A DNA stretch of 64,000 nucleotides from Andalucia godoyi And28 (taxonomy: Eukaryota > Protista > Jakobida): assembly GCA_009859145.1 (NCBI GenBank), contig VRVR01000039.1, positions 64,162 through 128,161 on the forward strand, given 5' to 3'. Position numbers and translations under genes: made by a program. This document shows, one piece after another, positions 1 to 10,289 of this stretch (position 1 is its first letter; every line of letters starts with the position of its first letter). The notes under the pieces are model-generated. The model had not been told where the DNA came from. It worked only from the letters and a program-made list of their open reading frames with translations, and ran no database searches.

Positions 1-3000
1 GTTCCTTTTCGACGCTTGTCGAGCTTCGAATCGAGAAAATCCTGAAGCTGATTCGCAGACGTTCGAGCAGAAAAGGAAAATGCATATGTTTGCACGAACG
101 ACGGCAGCTGCCCTGCTCCATACAAAAGATTGTTGATCACAAGGGATTTTCCGGTACCCGTTGGACCGCAGCAAATGACGTGTTTCATCTGCGAAGCCAA
201 GAGGCGTAACAAGTACGTCGATCGCAACGAGTCCGTGGTTGGAACCAGAGACTCTGGAGAGTATGCAACGGACTCTCCCTCGGCATGCAAATACTCGAGC
301 CAGGGTACCCAACGACGAAAGAAAGCATCACGCTCCGCATTGAGGGAATTATGCTGCCCTGGAGTGTGCGGAGAAAAATACTTGAACAAAGCAGAGATGG
401 AAGAATGAACAAACACCATGTCATACACAGAACAGCCCTCCGGAAAACTCCCAAACAAGCCGCTTTTGATGTGCTTTCTGAAAAACTTGTCGACTGCCTG
501 TCGAGAACGACCGTCAACAGCAGCTCCAAATGTCCACGTGAACGAAAACAGCAATGCAGGAGCAATCACCTCCTCGAGATTCTGCAGCATAAACTCTGGG
601 GGTTGGTAGACAGGAGTTGAAACGTAGTGGCAGAAAATGGAAGATGCGACTTTGAAAAAACTGTTGAGCAATCCATTGTCTGTGGATCGGCAATACTCCG
701 AGCACTCTTTGCGAATCAAAACTGTGATGTTCGGCACAATCGCACGACATATCGTACGCACCGTGTCCGAGAATTTCACAAGCAGCTGTGGCAATCCACA
801 GATCCAAGACTCCAACATCGCATCCCACTGCACCGTGGAAGACGGATCCATATAGACCATGCCGCAGCGACTGACCGTCGCGGGAGATGCGACCGCCAAA
901 TCTTCCACTTCAAACAAGATGTTCATCCTTGGAGTCATCGGAATGATTTCGCCCGAGACAAGACAAAGCTTCTTGTTATCATCCAAAACCGTATTCATCG
1001 TTTCAATCCAGAGCGCATCTACAGGCCCATCGAAAACCACCCAGAAATGGTCTGAAGATTCATCCCGTGCAGCCTGTCTGAAAAGATGCGCCAGAACACC
1101 GTCCGTCCACTCGTGGGAATTCTTGTCAAACTCGCCATACAACTGGCCCATCGTGATAGACTTGGGATTGCACACGAGGCGGTGCGTCTTTGCATAATTC
1201 AACGCGTCCACAGCCGCAAGCTCGCCAAGCGCCCTCTGCAACATCAGCTGAGAAGACGTTTTGCCGCCGCCCGCACCCCCAACAAGCATCACTCCATGAC
1301 GAAGAATTGCCGTCTCGTACAGTTGCACGCACTTTGACACGAAGGACGGTGTCGGAATGAGCCCAGAAGCACGGCAGGACGCATCGAGTTCTTTTGTCAG
1401 GGCATTCAAGCCGCCCGATGGAACATCAATCCCGATAAACAGATCAGAAATGATTCCTTCAAACTGCTGGATATCGTCCGGCAGAAACTTGGGAATATTC
1501 GAGTCACGCACTGCGCGAATCAGGAGCTGATCCTCATCTTGGTCATTGTGCTTTCGCTTCATCATTCCAGCGGCCAATATGACAGTGTTGACTGCGCGCA
1601 TTCCGAAATCGTAGTGGTCCTGTGAGGAGAGTTGCTCTGAAGACAGTCTAAATGCAAGAACCATTTTCTGCGCAAGAATCTTGGCCTTTTTGAACCCAAA
1701 CGAAAACAGACGGATTTCCGCAATGAGAGCATAGTCAGGCACCATGCACGCGACCGGGCGGAACAGCGCCTTCAAGTTGTCCGGCAACTCCGTGCGCCCT
1801 GCGTAGCCGGGATTCATAGTAATGAAAATGGCAAACGTAGGGTCAACATAAATCTCCGTGCCTTCGAAAATGCAGTTCTTCGAATGGAGAACAAGAGCCT
1901 GTTGCAAGGTTGTCATTTGCTGCGCAACCACCGACAAGACTTCGACGTCAATTCGATTGAACTCGTCGAAACAAGCCCATGCACCGGCCATTGCTAGACC
2001 TTTGAAGAATTTTCCCATGGCAAGGTGGTCCAGGCCCTCCTGGCAGTTGAATACCACGCACTGCTTTGCTAACGCTTTTGCAAGATCCTTTGTGGTTTCC
2101 GTTTTTCCAGTGCCAGCAGGTCCTGCCGGCGCTCCGCCTAGATTCAGGTGCAAGGCCCCCGTCAGCGTCAAGTAAATGCGGTCGGTTAGCGGAGTGACTA
2201 CAAGACGAGATGTGTTTCCAAGGTATTCGTACCCGTACTCGAAATGCGCATCCACTTGTTTAACGATGCATGTTTTCCGATCAGAATCCCAGTAGTATCT
2301 CAGCTGCGAAACCCAATCAAACGCGCTCGTTTCCCCTACTTTCATGTCTCGAAGTCGCTCGGTCACATCGCGGTTATGGACATCCATCGTGATCAGGGCT
2401 GAAAGAGTGATGCGGTTCAGCAGCGTCAAATTCTTTTGGACCAGCTCTGTCAAAGCGAGGAGATGGTGTTCACACCTCTTCGCCGCCCTCGGAAGCGTGC
2501 CATCAACGATGGCCTCTTCAACCTCTCTTGTCCAATATACTTGAGCTCCAACGAGGATAACTTGGCCTGGATAAGACAAAACCCAATCATTTCGGTCCAC
2601 CGAAGCGTAGGCCTGCACCGCAATCTCCACCAGCTTGCGCACGGATTCTTTCATAATGCCCTCCGTTCGCTTTAACCAATCCTCTACATTGCCAGAGGGC
2701 GCGAAGATTTCTGATAATGGGACAACTTCTCCCTCGCCAGAAACCATATGAGTAATCGACGACCCGCTGAATTGCAATCGATGAATGTTCTCAAAACATT
2801 TTCTTAAATGAGGCTGGACGGCCAGCGGATCTTTAGTCTGCGACAAAATCTCCAGCAGTTCGTCATTGGAGAGGAAATAGAACCGCGCGAATGCTCGCCT
2901 CTTCGTTTCCAAATATGCGTCCAATCCTTTTTGCACCTCGTCGAGAACTTTGTTTGATTCGACAAACTGTTTCAGCAGTCGACGAGACCTTGTGCAAAAC

Positions 3001-6000
3001 GGAAGCACGAAACTGTCCGTTCTCAGGGATCGCATAGTCTTTCTCCAGAACTTATCCACGTTTGCAAACTTGGAAAACTCCAATGGAAGCTGGACTTGAA
3101 TGTCGGCTGAAGAAAAAATGGGCTCCAGATAAAGCCACTGGCGTTGACAGAGAATCCATTCCTCTAGCACGTCACCCATCATCTGAAGTTTGGAGTTCCA
3201 GTCCTGAATAATATCGTTAAAGACCTCTCGATACGGACTGAACAACATGGACTGAGTCATAATCGCATGGTCATCAACCATCGAAATAATCTCATCCCAA
3301 CCTCGAACAATGGACGTGTTCGTTGACTTGTAATCCGTCAAATCGAAAACGACTTTCGCCCACGCATCCTGCATTTTTGTGAGTGACATCTCGATCGTGA
3401 ACTCCTTGCTTGCCGAATCGGATACAGCATCCACTGCAGATTTCAGATCGTCGGAACCGATCGCCAAAAGCTCTGAGAAATTGGAGAATGTCTCCCCGGG
3501 CACCAGATTCTTGCCAATCTTCTCCGAAAGCTTGCTCCAATGTCGGGCTTTCATGCCTGGCTGTCTGAGAGACGACAAAACAGGAAGAATCGGCTTGAAC
3601 TCGTCGACTTCGTTCTTGGTCTCCTCAACGCTCGCGTATAAAACAGAGTCGCGAGGAAGCAACTTGGCGATCTTAACGAATGCCTTGGACGTACTCTGGA
3701 TACTTCGCTCGATTGCATCAGCATCAATGCTTTCGAACTTGTCGAAGTACACTGCTTGCTTCGTCCGCTTCCACTCAAATGCGGTCTGCCAGAACGTAGC
3801 GACCGGCTCAAAGTCACGTTGCAAGTTCTTGACAACCCCGAAATCAGTAGTCGGATCTTTGTACACCTTTTGCCGCTGATTGATCACGCGAGACTCGTTC
3901 TCGACCTCCTGCAGAACAAGTCGCAGGTTCTGTGCACGGGCGGAAAGACGATCAACTTCGTTCAGATTCGACTCTGACATGAATGACAACACATCCTTGC
4001 TGACAACAGCGACGCGTTTCTGATACAGCTCGACCTGATCCAGCAGCAAGTCATGAAAGCGGGTTTCCTCAGAGGCCAGTACAAGCATCTGCCGTTTTGC
4101 AATCGTCTGAATGCGGTTGGGCCAGGCAACTGCAAGCCATCTTCTTTCGAAAATATCGGAATCGAGAGGTACTGCAAACCGTTCGAGAACGTCGTACGTG
4201 GAACGAATGTCCTCCAAATCGGCAGTCTGTGAATGGACTTCATTGTCCAGCATGTTGATCAGCTCTCGAATATTGACAACGTCCTCGATTTGAGTGGGAG
4301 TTTTCTGCAATCTGCTTGTCAGCGATCCGAAGAATGATATTACCCCGCTTGATCGGGCATCCCCGTACGCAATGCCAGCTTCCGCCACTGCTTTGTACAT
4401 GTCTTGGCACAATCTTCGGAGACGCGTTTGAACCTGACGGCATCCAATCCTGAAAAAACCGACGTCCGTAACAATTGGAATCTCGGTATCCACGGAAACC
4501 AGCATTTGCGACCAATAACGAAGCGCGGAACTGAGCCGACGAGGAAAATCAGGTCCGGCTGAAATGTTGTCGGACAGCCATTTCTTAGCATCCAATTTGA
4601 TAACTGATTCAAAACGCTGAAAGTGCTTGACGGAAAGATCCGCTTCGGCGACGAACCGATCGCAAACCTTCTTCAACCGTTGAAGCACCTCAACCACACA
4701 TTCCTCGCGTTCGTCCATCAGCTCCATGTTGACGCTCTTTCCCCAGAAAAACTGCCGAATAACCAATGCCTCGACTTTTGGAATGGAATTCAAACCGCGA
4801 ACCGCCTTCTCAACAATCGATGTGAGCACAGAAAAGGCTCGGGAAGGATGGTCTCGTTGGAAGTCCACCCGCTGGTCCACAACGGCCAGTTCAAGTGCAA
4901 AAAGTGGGAAGCCAAAGCTGGAGGTCTGCTCGGCTTGCTCGACGATGTATTTCTCGAAATCCGCCAACGACAGCAAACCAATGAAGCGCAACGTGTCCGA
5001 CATGATCAGTCTCACTGTCTTGAAGAACCGAGCCAATTTTCCCATCTCGTACACTTCTCTGCTGTTCTCACCCAGATGCATCCAGCCTTTCTGCACTTTG
5101 GACAGTAAGTTTTCGATGTTTGAAGCAATATTAGGGACCCAATGCTCTCGCAAAGTGGTTCCGAGGGAATTAATCGATGTTGTTTGAATTTGTTCGTATT
5201 CCTCTAACGAAAACGGACGAGAGCGCTGGAATTGAAACATTTTCGAGGAGCCTTGAACTCGCAGACACTCTGCTCGCAACATGGACAGAGACGTTAACAC
5301 CGGAGGATGCTGCAAGAATGTGTGGAAACGAAACTGCCCAAGGCGCTCTTCGAATTCATATGCCGGACACTCGATGGGTAGATCGGCACGAGTGGAAACC
5401 AAGGAATCGAACGAAACATCGACTTCATACGGCACTCCGAAACAGTAAAATCGTCCATTCCAAAACTTGGACGCATCCGAAAAGAACGATGATTGAATGA
5501 TTTGGTTCTGCACTTCCAAAAACTGTTCCGTTACCTCGTGTACCATGGAATCTGCGGTGGGTGTCTTCTTCAAAATCGACGGCGATTTTGTCAATCGAAT
5601 GATTCGATCAAGAGATGACGCTGCAACGCCTGGCAGAGCATCCACGGGCATTTGCTTCAGTACAAAATGCTTGAGGACCTCCTTTGCACACTCCTTGCGA
5701 GCAGCGACTGCAAAAAGGACACGGTCGCAGAATAAGGACGGGTCTTCTCCAATGAAGAGCACATTCAAGCGAGGAACCAAATGGAAATTAGCTGCATTCG
5801 TAAGACAGTTCATATTATCTCTATCGAAAGCAACTCGAAACAGACGGTGTACGCGATCCCATGAATGGACACGGCACATCTCCCAAAACATGAATTTGTT
5901 TTCCAAGACCGTGGTTGGATGCAAGGCTTTTGCTGGAACTCCTGCGGCCCCCCCTTCATGAGAAGGGGTTTCGGAAGACGTGAGGTTCTCAAACCACTCC

Positions 6001-7010
6001 GCCGGCTCTCTTTCGTCAAAATCAGACGAATCAAAGGAATCCAAAGACACCGCAGCACACAAATTGCGGTCATCGATTAGCAGAGTGAGTGGTAGAACAT
6101 TGCAATTCATATCGTGAATCGTGATTCCAGACTGAGCGAGCATCATGCCAATGTCTTCCTGAAGAAATGCACGCCTGCGGCGCTCGATTTCCAGCTTTCG
6201 ATGAACCCCATCAATGCCATCGACAATTCGAACCTTCACTTTGGGCTCAACCTCATTTGGAAGCCGAGAGGACTTTGAAAGATGACGACCCACCTCACGA
6301 GAATTTCCAGAAGTGGGAGCAGTCTTCTTGGACGTCGGGGCCGAGCCATAATTAAAGACCGACGCAGATGGCAGGGGTGGCGCTTCGTGGGCGCTTGTGT
6401 TGCCCACATTCGGACCTTGCAGGACATCGGATTCCGAAACTTCAAGTGTCGAAACAATACGATTCTTCGATCGGTACTTGCCGGGGACGAAATCGCCTCC
6501 AGACGACGAATCATTAAACATGGACTGCAGTAGACCGTGGGAGGTGTCGTATTCCGACATCTCCACATTTGAGAAGTCGTCCAGTCGATGGTCCAGAAAC
6601 GACTGTTGGTGGACATTCAACTGAGAATGCGAGGATGACAGCTCTGCTGGCACTCGAGAAGAGGGAATGGGAGACACACGGCCATGGCCAGGGCCGAATG
6701 CCGACGCAGAGCTTCCCGGTCGAGACGGCAAACCGCCCCGGGATGATGCGACAGACGGAGGCCTGTCTGGGAACCGCACAGAATCCTGTCCCGTCACAAA
6801 ACCGCTGTAGGAAGGAGGAATGCGCAGCATCGAAGACGAGGTGGATAGAGTGCTCATCGCTGTTCCGGGCCGCGAATAGGACGATCCCATAAACATGTCC
6901 AAATGAGAGTTGCGATTTGCAGTAGCCGACGGCGGCCGGATGGACGACCCTTTCAGCTTTGCCGGCTTTCCTCGCGAGGGAACATACGAAGAGGACGAAG
7001 ACGAGTCCAT
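1..7010 (-). CDS. DNAH1: Axonemal inner-arm dynein heavy chain (DNAH1-like), 5' ~2336 codons; runs off the left edge
   Basis: One continuous minus frame from ATG 7010 (MDSSSSSSYVPSRGKP) to the window edge; the frame agrees at the start, at AAA1 and at the edge. It contains the AAA1 P-loop GPAGTGKTET (~2100-2123), KLDKRRKG preceding AAA3 at the edge, and the N-terminal RKLEIERRRR / DSFDSSDFDEREPAEW motifs typical of the DNAH1 class. It is absent from the ORF track because there is no stop inside the window. Confidence 0.93.
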   Translation of the reverse strand, partial: MDSSSSSSYVPSRGKPAKLKGSSIRPPSATANRNSHLDMFMGSSYSRPGTAMSTLSTSSSMLRIPPSYSGFVTGQDSVRFPDRPPSVASSRGGLPSRPGSSASAFGPGHGRVSPIPSSRVPAELSSSHSQLNVHQQSFLDHRLDDFSNVEMSEYDTSHGLLQSMFNDSSSGGDFVPGKYRSKNRIVSTLEVSESDVLQGPNVGNTSAHEAPPLPSASVFNYGSAPTSKKTAPTSGNSREVGRHLSKSSRLPNEVEPKVKVRIVDGIDGVHRKLEIERRRRAFLQEDIGMMLAQSGITIHDMNCNVLPLTLLIDDRNLCAAVSLDSFDSSDFDEREPAEWFENLTSSETPSHEGGAAGVPAKALHPTTVLENKFMFWEMCRVHSWDRVHRLFRVAFDRDNMNCLTNAANFHLVPRLNVLFIGEDPSLFCDRVLFAVAARKECAKEVLKHFVLKQMPVDALPGVAASSLDRIIRLTKSPSILKKTPTADSMVHEVTEQFLEVQNQIIQSSFFSDASKFWNGRFYCFGVPYEVDVSFDSLVSTRADLPIECPAYEFEERLGQFRFHTFLQHPPVLTSLSMLRAECLRVQGSSKMFQFQRSRPFSLEEYEQIQTTSINSLGTTLREHWVPNIASNIENLLSKVQKGWMHLGENSREVYEMGKLARFFKTVRLIMSDTLRFIGLLSLADFEKYIVEQAEQTSSFGFPLFALELAVVDQRVDFQRDHPSRAFSVLTSIVEKAVRGLNSIPKVEALVIRQFFWGKSVNMELMDEREECVVEVLQRLKKVCDRFVAEADLSVKHFQRFESVIKLDAKKWLSDNISAGPDFPRRLSSALRYWSQMLVSVDTEIPIVTDVGFFRIGCRQVQTRLRRLCQDMYKAVAEAGIAYGDARSSGVISFFGSLTSRLQKTPTQIEDVVNIRELINMLDNEVHSQTADLEDIRSTYDVLERFAVPLDSDIFERRWLAVAWPNRIQTIAKRQMLVLASEETRFHDLLLDQVELYQKRVAVVSKDVLSFMSESNLNEVDRLSARAQNLRLVLQEVENESRVINQRQKVYKDPTTDFGVVKNLQRDFEPVATFWQTAFEWKRTKQAVYFDKFESIDADAIERSIQSTSKAFVKIAKLLPRDSVLYASVEETKNEVDEFKPILPVLSSLRQPGMKARHWSKLSEKIGKNLVPGETFSNFSELLAIGSDDLKSAVDAVSDSASKEFTIEMSLTKMQDAWAKVVFDLTDYKSTNTSIVRGWDEIISMVDDHAIMTQSMLFSPYREVFNDIIQDWNSKLQMMGDVLEEWILCQRQWLYLEPIFSSADIQVQLPLEFSKFANVDKFWRKTMRSLRTDSFVLPFCTRSRRLLKQFVESNKVLDEVQKGLDAYLETKRRAFARFYFLSNDELLEILSQTKDPLAVQPHLRKCFENIHRLQFSGSSITHMVSGEGEVVPLSEIFAPSGNVEDWLKRTEGIMKESVRKLVEIAVQAYASVDRNDWVLSYPGQVILVGAQVYWTREVEEAIVDGTLPRAAKRCEHHLLALTELVQKNLTLLNRITLSALITMDVHNRDVTERLRDMKVGETSAFDWVSQLRYYWDSDRKTCIVKQVDAHFEYGYEYLGNTSRLVVTPLTDRIYLTLTGALHLNLGGAPAGPAGTGKTETTKDLAKALAKQCVVFNCQEGLDHLAMGKFFKGLAMAGAWACFDEFNRIDVEVLSVVAQQMTTLQQALVLHSKNCIFEGTEIYVDPTFAIFITMNPGYAGRTELPDNLKALFRPVACMVPDYALIAEIRLFSFGFKKAKILAQKMVLAFRLSSEQLSSQDHYDFGMRAVNTVILAAGMMKRKHNDQDEDQLLIRAVRDSNIPKFLPDDIQQFEGIISDLFIGIDVPSGGLNALTKELDASCRASGLIPTPSFVSKCVQLYETAILRHGVMLVGGAGGGKTSSQLMLQRALGELAAVDALNYAKTHRLVCNPKSITMGQLYGEFDKNSHEWTDGVLAHLFRQAARDESSDHFWVVFDGPVDALWIETMNTVLDDNKKLCLVSGEIIPMTPRMNILFEVEDLAVASPATVSRCGMVYMDPSSTVQWDAMLESWICGLPQLLVKFSDTVRTICRAIVPNITVLIRKECSEYCRSTDNGLLNSFFKVASSIFCHYVSTPVYQPPEFMLQNLEEVIAPALLFSFTWTFGAAVDGRSRQAVDKFFRKHIKSGLFGSFPEGCSVYDMVFVHSSISALFKYFSPHTPGQHNSLNAERDAFFRRWVPWLEYLHAEGESVAYSPESLVPTTDSLRSTYLLRLLASQMKHVICCGPTGTGKSLVINNLLYGAGQLPSFVQTYAFSFSARTSANQLQDFLDSKLDKRRKG

Positions 7011-7603
7011 GGATGCGACTGCTGTGACAACAAACTCTGCTCTTTGTTTCTTACTGCAGTTATTATTGTCTGGCTGGCTTGCTTGTCTGTTTGCCTCTTT
7101 TTTTTTTTTTTTTTTTTTTTTTCCTTTGACTGGAACAAGAGGAGATATACAACTTGCAAAACAAAACCACAAACAAAAAGTAAATTTCTTCTTCTTGTTT
7201 TTTGCTGCTTTGTTTTTTTGTTTTTGTTGTTGTTGTTTTTTATTAAGCAGACATTATAAAAAAAAATAGAGGACGACTGTTGAAAAGAGAGGTGACTTTC
7301 CCATTCAAATCAAACGGTGGTGGCGGGCTGGAGAGCTCTCGTCAGCCATCATACCACGCATCGAGTCATCAATCCTGCTCATACGCAGGAAGCAAAAAAC
7401 AAGAGAGGAAAAACTGAAAAGAAAGAAAGAACGTACGGGAAGACACGACACCTCAAAAAAAAAATAGAAGATCCCCGCTGGCGCTTTTTCTCGTCATCCT
7501 CAATTGATTCAGCAATTGCACAAATGAGGGCGTGTGGACACTGTCTGCAGGTCCGTGACTGCGAGACGACGCGCACATACTTTTATTATAAGAATTGGTT
7601 TTG

Positions 7604-7604
7604 A

Positions 7605-7639
<35 letters not shown>

Positions 7640-7640
7640 G
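7604..7640. repeat. (TA)n microsatellite
   Basis: tatatata run in the divergent spacer between the dynein and RPC4 genes. Confidence 0.95.
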
Positions 7641-7667
7641 TTTTAAAGGGAAAGAGAAAAACAAAAC

Positions 7668-8876
7668 ATGTCTTCGTCGGAAGAACCCAACCGGTCGTCG
7701 TCTGCGGCGTCATCTGCGTCTGCGGCGTCGTCCTCAGTGAGTCGTCGGCTGGGAACACTGCGTCCTCCTCCCGATCTGTCGCTCACGGCAACGACGACTG
7801 CGCGGCCTCGGTTTGCTCCCAACGTGTCCGCACCTCGCCATAGAGAATCAAAGGTAAAAGAGGAAGAGTCGTCAAGTGCAGCAGATGCACCGGCAATCGA
7901 CAACTCCAATTCCAATTCTAATTCGGGGACTTCGGAATCATTTGCGAGTCGCAGACCAAATAACCGTGGTCCGCGGCTCCCGGGTACATCTGGTGGCTAT
8001 TCCGGGAGGCCCAATGGCACAAGTGGTAACAATAGCAGCATCAACAGCAGTAGCAGTAGCAGTAGCAGTATGAATAGTCATGGTGGGGGGCGTGGCGTTT
8101 TTGGTCGGACCCAAGAAGCACAAGGTGTGGCTGCTGTGTTTTCCGGGATTCCAAGCGCAATCCAAGATGGAAAGCTGCTGAACGACGGGATATCCGCTGC
8201 TGGAGCGGGTGGTGCAAATGCTCTCAAGAATTTCTCAATGGACGAAGACGACAACATGCCCGCGGAGAATGTTGTTAATTTTGAAAACGTAGACCATCCT
8301 CCAATTTCATTTCCGCGCATGGATGTCGTCTCGGAGATTGACGAAGCGGACTATGCACGGTTTGTCGCGCCTCTTTTTCTCTCCGATTCGCTGGAGACGC
8401 ACGATGGCGACGAACGGGAGAGGCTGTTTCTCATGCAGCTACCGTTACTTGGAAGGCCCGTAAGGCTAAATGTGTATTCAGACGGTTCGTCGGAACTTGT
8501 CATGGAAGACGGCTCCGTGTGCGCTGTGAGAAGGGGAACGCGATGTACCTTCCATCAGCAGTTGTGGAATGTGGAGTACCGCAAGAACGGAGAAACCGTG
8601 CCAACGGCGCAAGCAGAATCGGTGGGTTTCACATCATTTGGTAGCACAGCATCAACGTCGGCGTCGACAAAGAACGAAGAGGCGGACGGTGAGGGAAGCG
8701 GCATCGGCGGTGGTGGAGGTGCTCCATTCTTCCCCAGATTCTCCGGAGATGTATCCTCGGGTTCGGAGAACCGTGTGGACGGGCATGTTGACATCTGCGG
8801 CGAAATTCGCACGCGCCTCGTCGTCGTCCCGGATGTTGCGCATATCTTATCCTCGCTCCAGAGTCCCATACTGTAA
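7668..8876 (+). CDS. POLR3D: RNA polymerase III subunit RPC4/C53
   Basis: N-terminal RFAPNV motif, low-complexity middle, C-terminal LFLMQLP...GRPVRLNVYSDGSSELVM...FHQQL...LVVVPD pattern of the Rpc4 domain. Confidence 0.75.
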   Translation: MSSSEEPNRSSSAASSASAASSSVSRRLGTLRPPPDLSLTATTTARPRFAPNVSAPRHRESKVKEEESSSAADAPAIDNSNSNSNSGTSESFASRRPNNRGPRLPGTSGGYSGRPNGTSGNNSSINSSSSSSSSMNSHGGGRGVFGRTQEAQGVAAVFSGIPSAIQDGKLLNDGISAAGAGGANALKNFSMDEDDNMPAENVVNFENVDHPPISFPRMDVVSEIDEADYARFVAPLFLSDSLETHDGDERERLFLMQLPLLGRPVRLNVYSDGSSELVMEDGSVCAVRRGTRCTFHQQLWNVEYRKNGETVPTAQAESVGFTSFGSTASTSASTKNEEADGEGSGIGGGGGAPFFPRFSGDVSSGSENRVDGHVDICGEIRTRLVVVPDVAHILSSLQSPIL

Positions 8877-8960
8877 GAATTCTTGCGGACGGCACACGCA
8901 GAAGAAGCCTTTTGTAAAGTTTTATGATGATTTGTTTGTTTGTTGGATTGATTGATTGAT

Positions 8961-9575
8961 TTACATCACAACGCAGCACTGGTTGTGCTTCTTTGCAGTC
9001 TTGTAAAACGTTTTTGAGCTCGCAGACAGGTCGGCGCTCTTTTCGACAAGCAAGTCGAGTTTTTCTCCTCTTGCCAAGATGGCATCAATATTCTGGCTCA
9101 TGACAACCTTTGTTTCGTCCAAATCTCTCTGAATTGCCGTGATCTTGTCTGCCTTGGCTGGGTCCTGATACTCCTTAATCCACTGCTCCAGCGCCGGAAG
9201 CTGTGTAGTGTTGTCGTTGTCACGCTGAGACGTTGTCCACACAACACGATTTACACTCCGTTCAAACTCGTCCAGCATGTTGTTTACGATCGCAAATGCA
9301 ACTCGCTGCGGATACTCTCCGTCTCCGATTGCCACTCCAATAAGCCCATTTCGCTTGGCAAATGCATAGCACACATACTCGCCCTCTGGAACCCTCTGTC
9401 GCGTTCCAACCGTCGTCCGCGCCCCCACCGTCCGAGCCAAAAACACTGCAAACTCCTTTGCAGAACTCCGCTGGAAGAATGAGAGAGACGAAAGATCAAA
9501 CGCTGAGCAGAGAACAAGCGGCTGGATATCAGCACTTGGCGGAGACCGCATAACAAGCAGTGAAAGCAAACGCAT
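8961..9575 (-). CDS. YKT6: R-SNARE Ykt6 (longin + SNARE + CCaaX)
   Basis: Longin domain (YPQRVAF), QDPAKADKITAIQRDLDETK...RGEKLDLLVEKSADLS, ends CCVVM; ATG at 9575 (MRLLSL) preferred over the ORF-track extension. Confidence 0.96.
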   Translation of the reverse strand: MRLLSLLVMRSPPSADIQPLVLCSAFDLSSLSFFQRSSAKEFAVFLARTVGARTTVGTRQRVPEGEYVCYAFAKRNGLIGVAIGDGEYPQRVAFAIVNNMLDEFERSVNRVVWTTSQRDNDNTTQLPALEQWIKEYQDPAKADKITAIQRDLDETKVVMSQNIDAILARGEKLDLLVEKSADLSASSKTFYKTAKKHNQCCVVM

Positions 9576-10289
9576 CGAACACGACGAATTGACAACCAAC
9601 CAAAAAGAAAAGGAAGAAGAAGAAGAAGAGGTGGATATGTGTGAGTTCGAACAACTAGGATCAGGAGAGAAAACTGTGTGATGTTGTTTTGTTTGTTGAC
9701 TTTTGGCTCTTGGCTTTTGGGAATGAGATGATTATAAGAACTAGGGGAACTGTTGTTACTGCCGCAGTGAACGGTACTTGTAATAATTTTGAAAAGAAAA
9801 CAACTACTGTGGACTCAAAGACTATTGGAGTAGAGAAGGGGGGAAATGACAAATGACAAATGACGACATATGACGAATCAATCCCAACAGGGTGGCATCA
9901 TCGAAGGAAAGCAGAATCTCGCAGCTTGAACTTCGTTGGGTCAAAAACCGGGTCTGTGTACAGCAGTTGGTTTTTTCTTGATCAGCACACAGTCAGTAAG
10001 ATCCCCAGACCACGAAACAGATTATGGATGCGCACCACCGTCGTTCTTCACGGTTTCACGATTTCAAAGTGCTGTAAGTACTAAGTAATCACTTGGGTGA
10101 TCGTAGTGAATTTGATTAAAAAGAAACAGGAAGGAAGGACGTGGGAGGGATTGATATTTTTTTATTAAAAAAAAAAATAGAAAACAGAAGAGAAGAGAAG
10201 GAGAAAACCCCAACGAATGAACAAAACTTGACGGATTTTGGCTGGTTCGATAAGACGTGCGCACTCTCCGTTTGTTTGTCTTTTTTACC

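Noticed and set aside
130-6892. Many short ORFs on both strands across the dynein region
   Set aside because: Shadows of the single long minus-strand dynein frame; none has recognisable motifs
7310-7585. Hairpins with ANANNA and ACA-like boxes suggesting H/ACA snoRNAs
   Set aside because: The stems are short, no pseudouridylation pocket can be assigned, and the boxes are too degenerate to support without a covariance search
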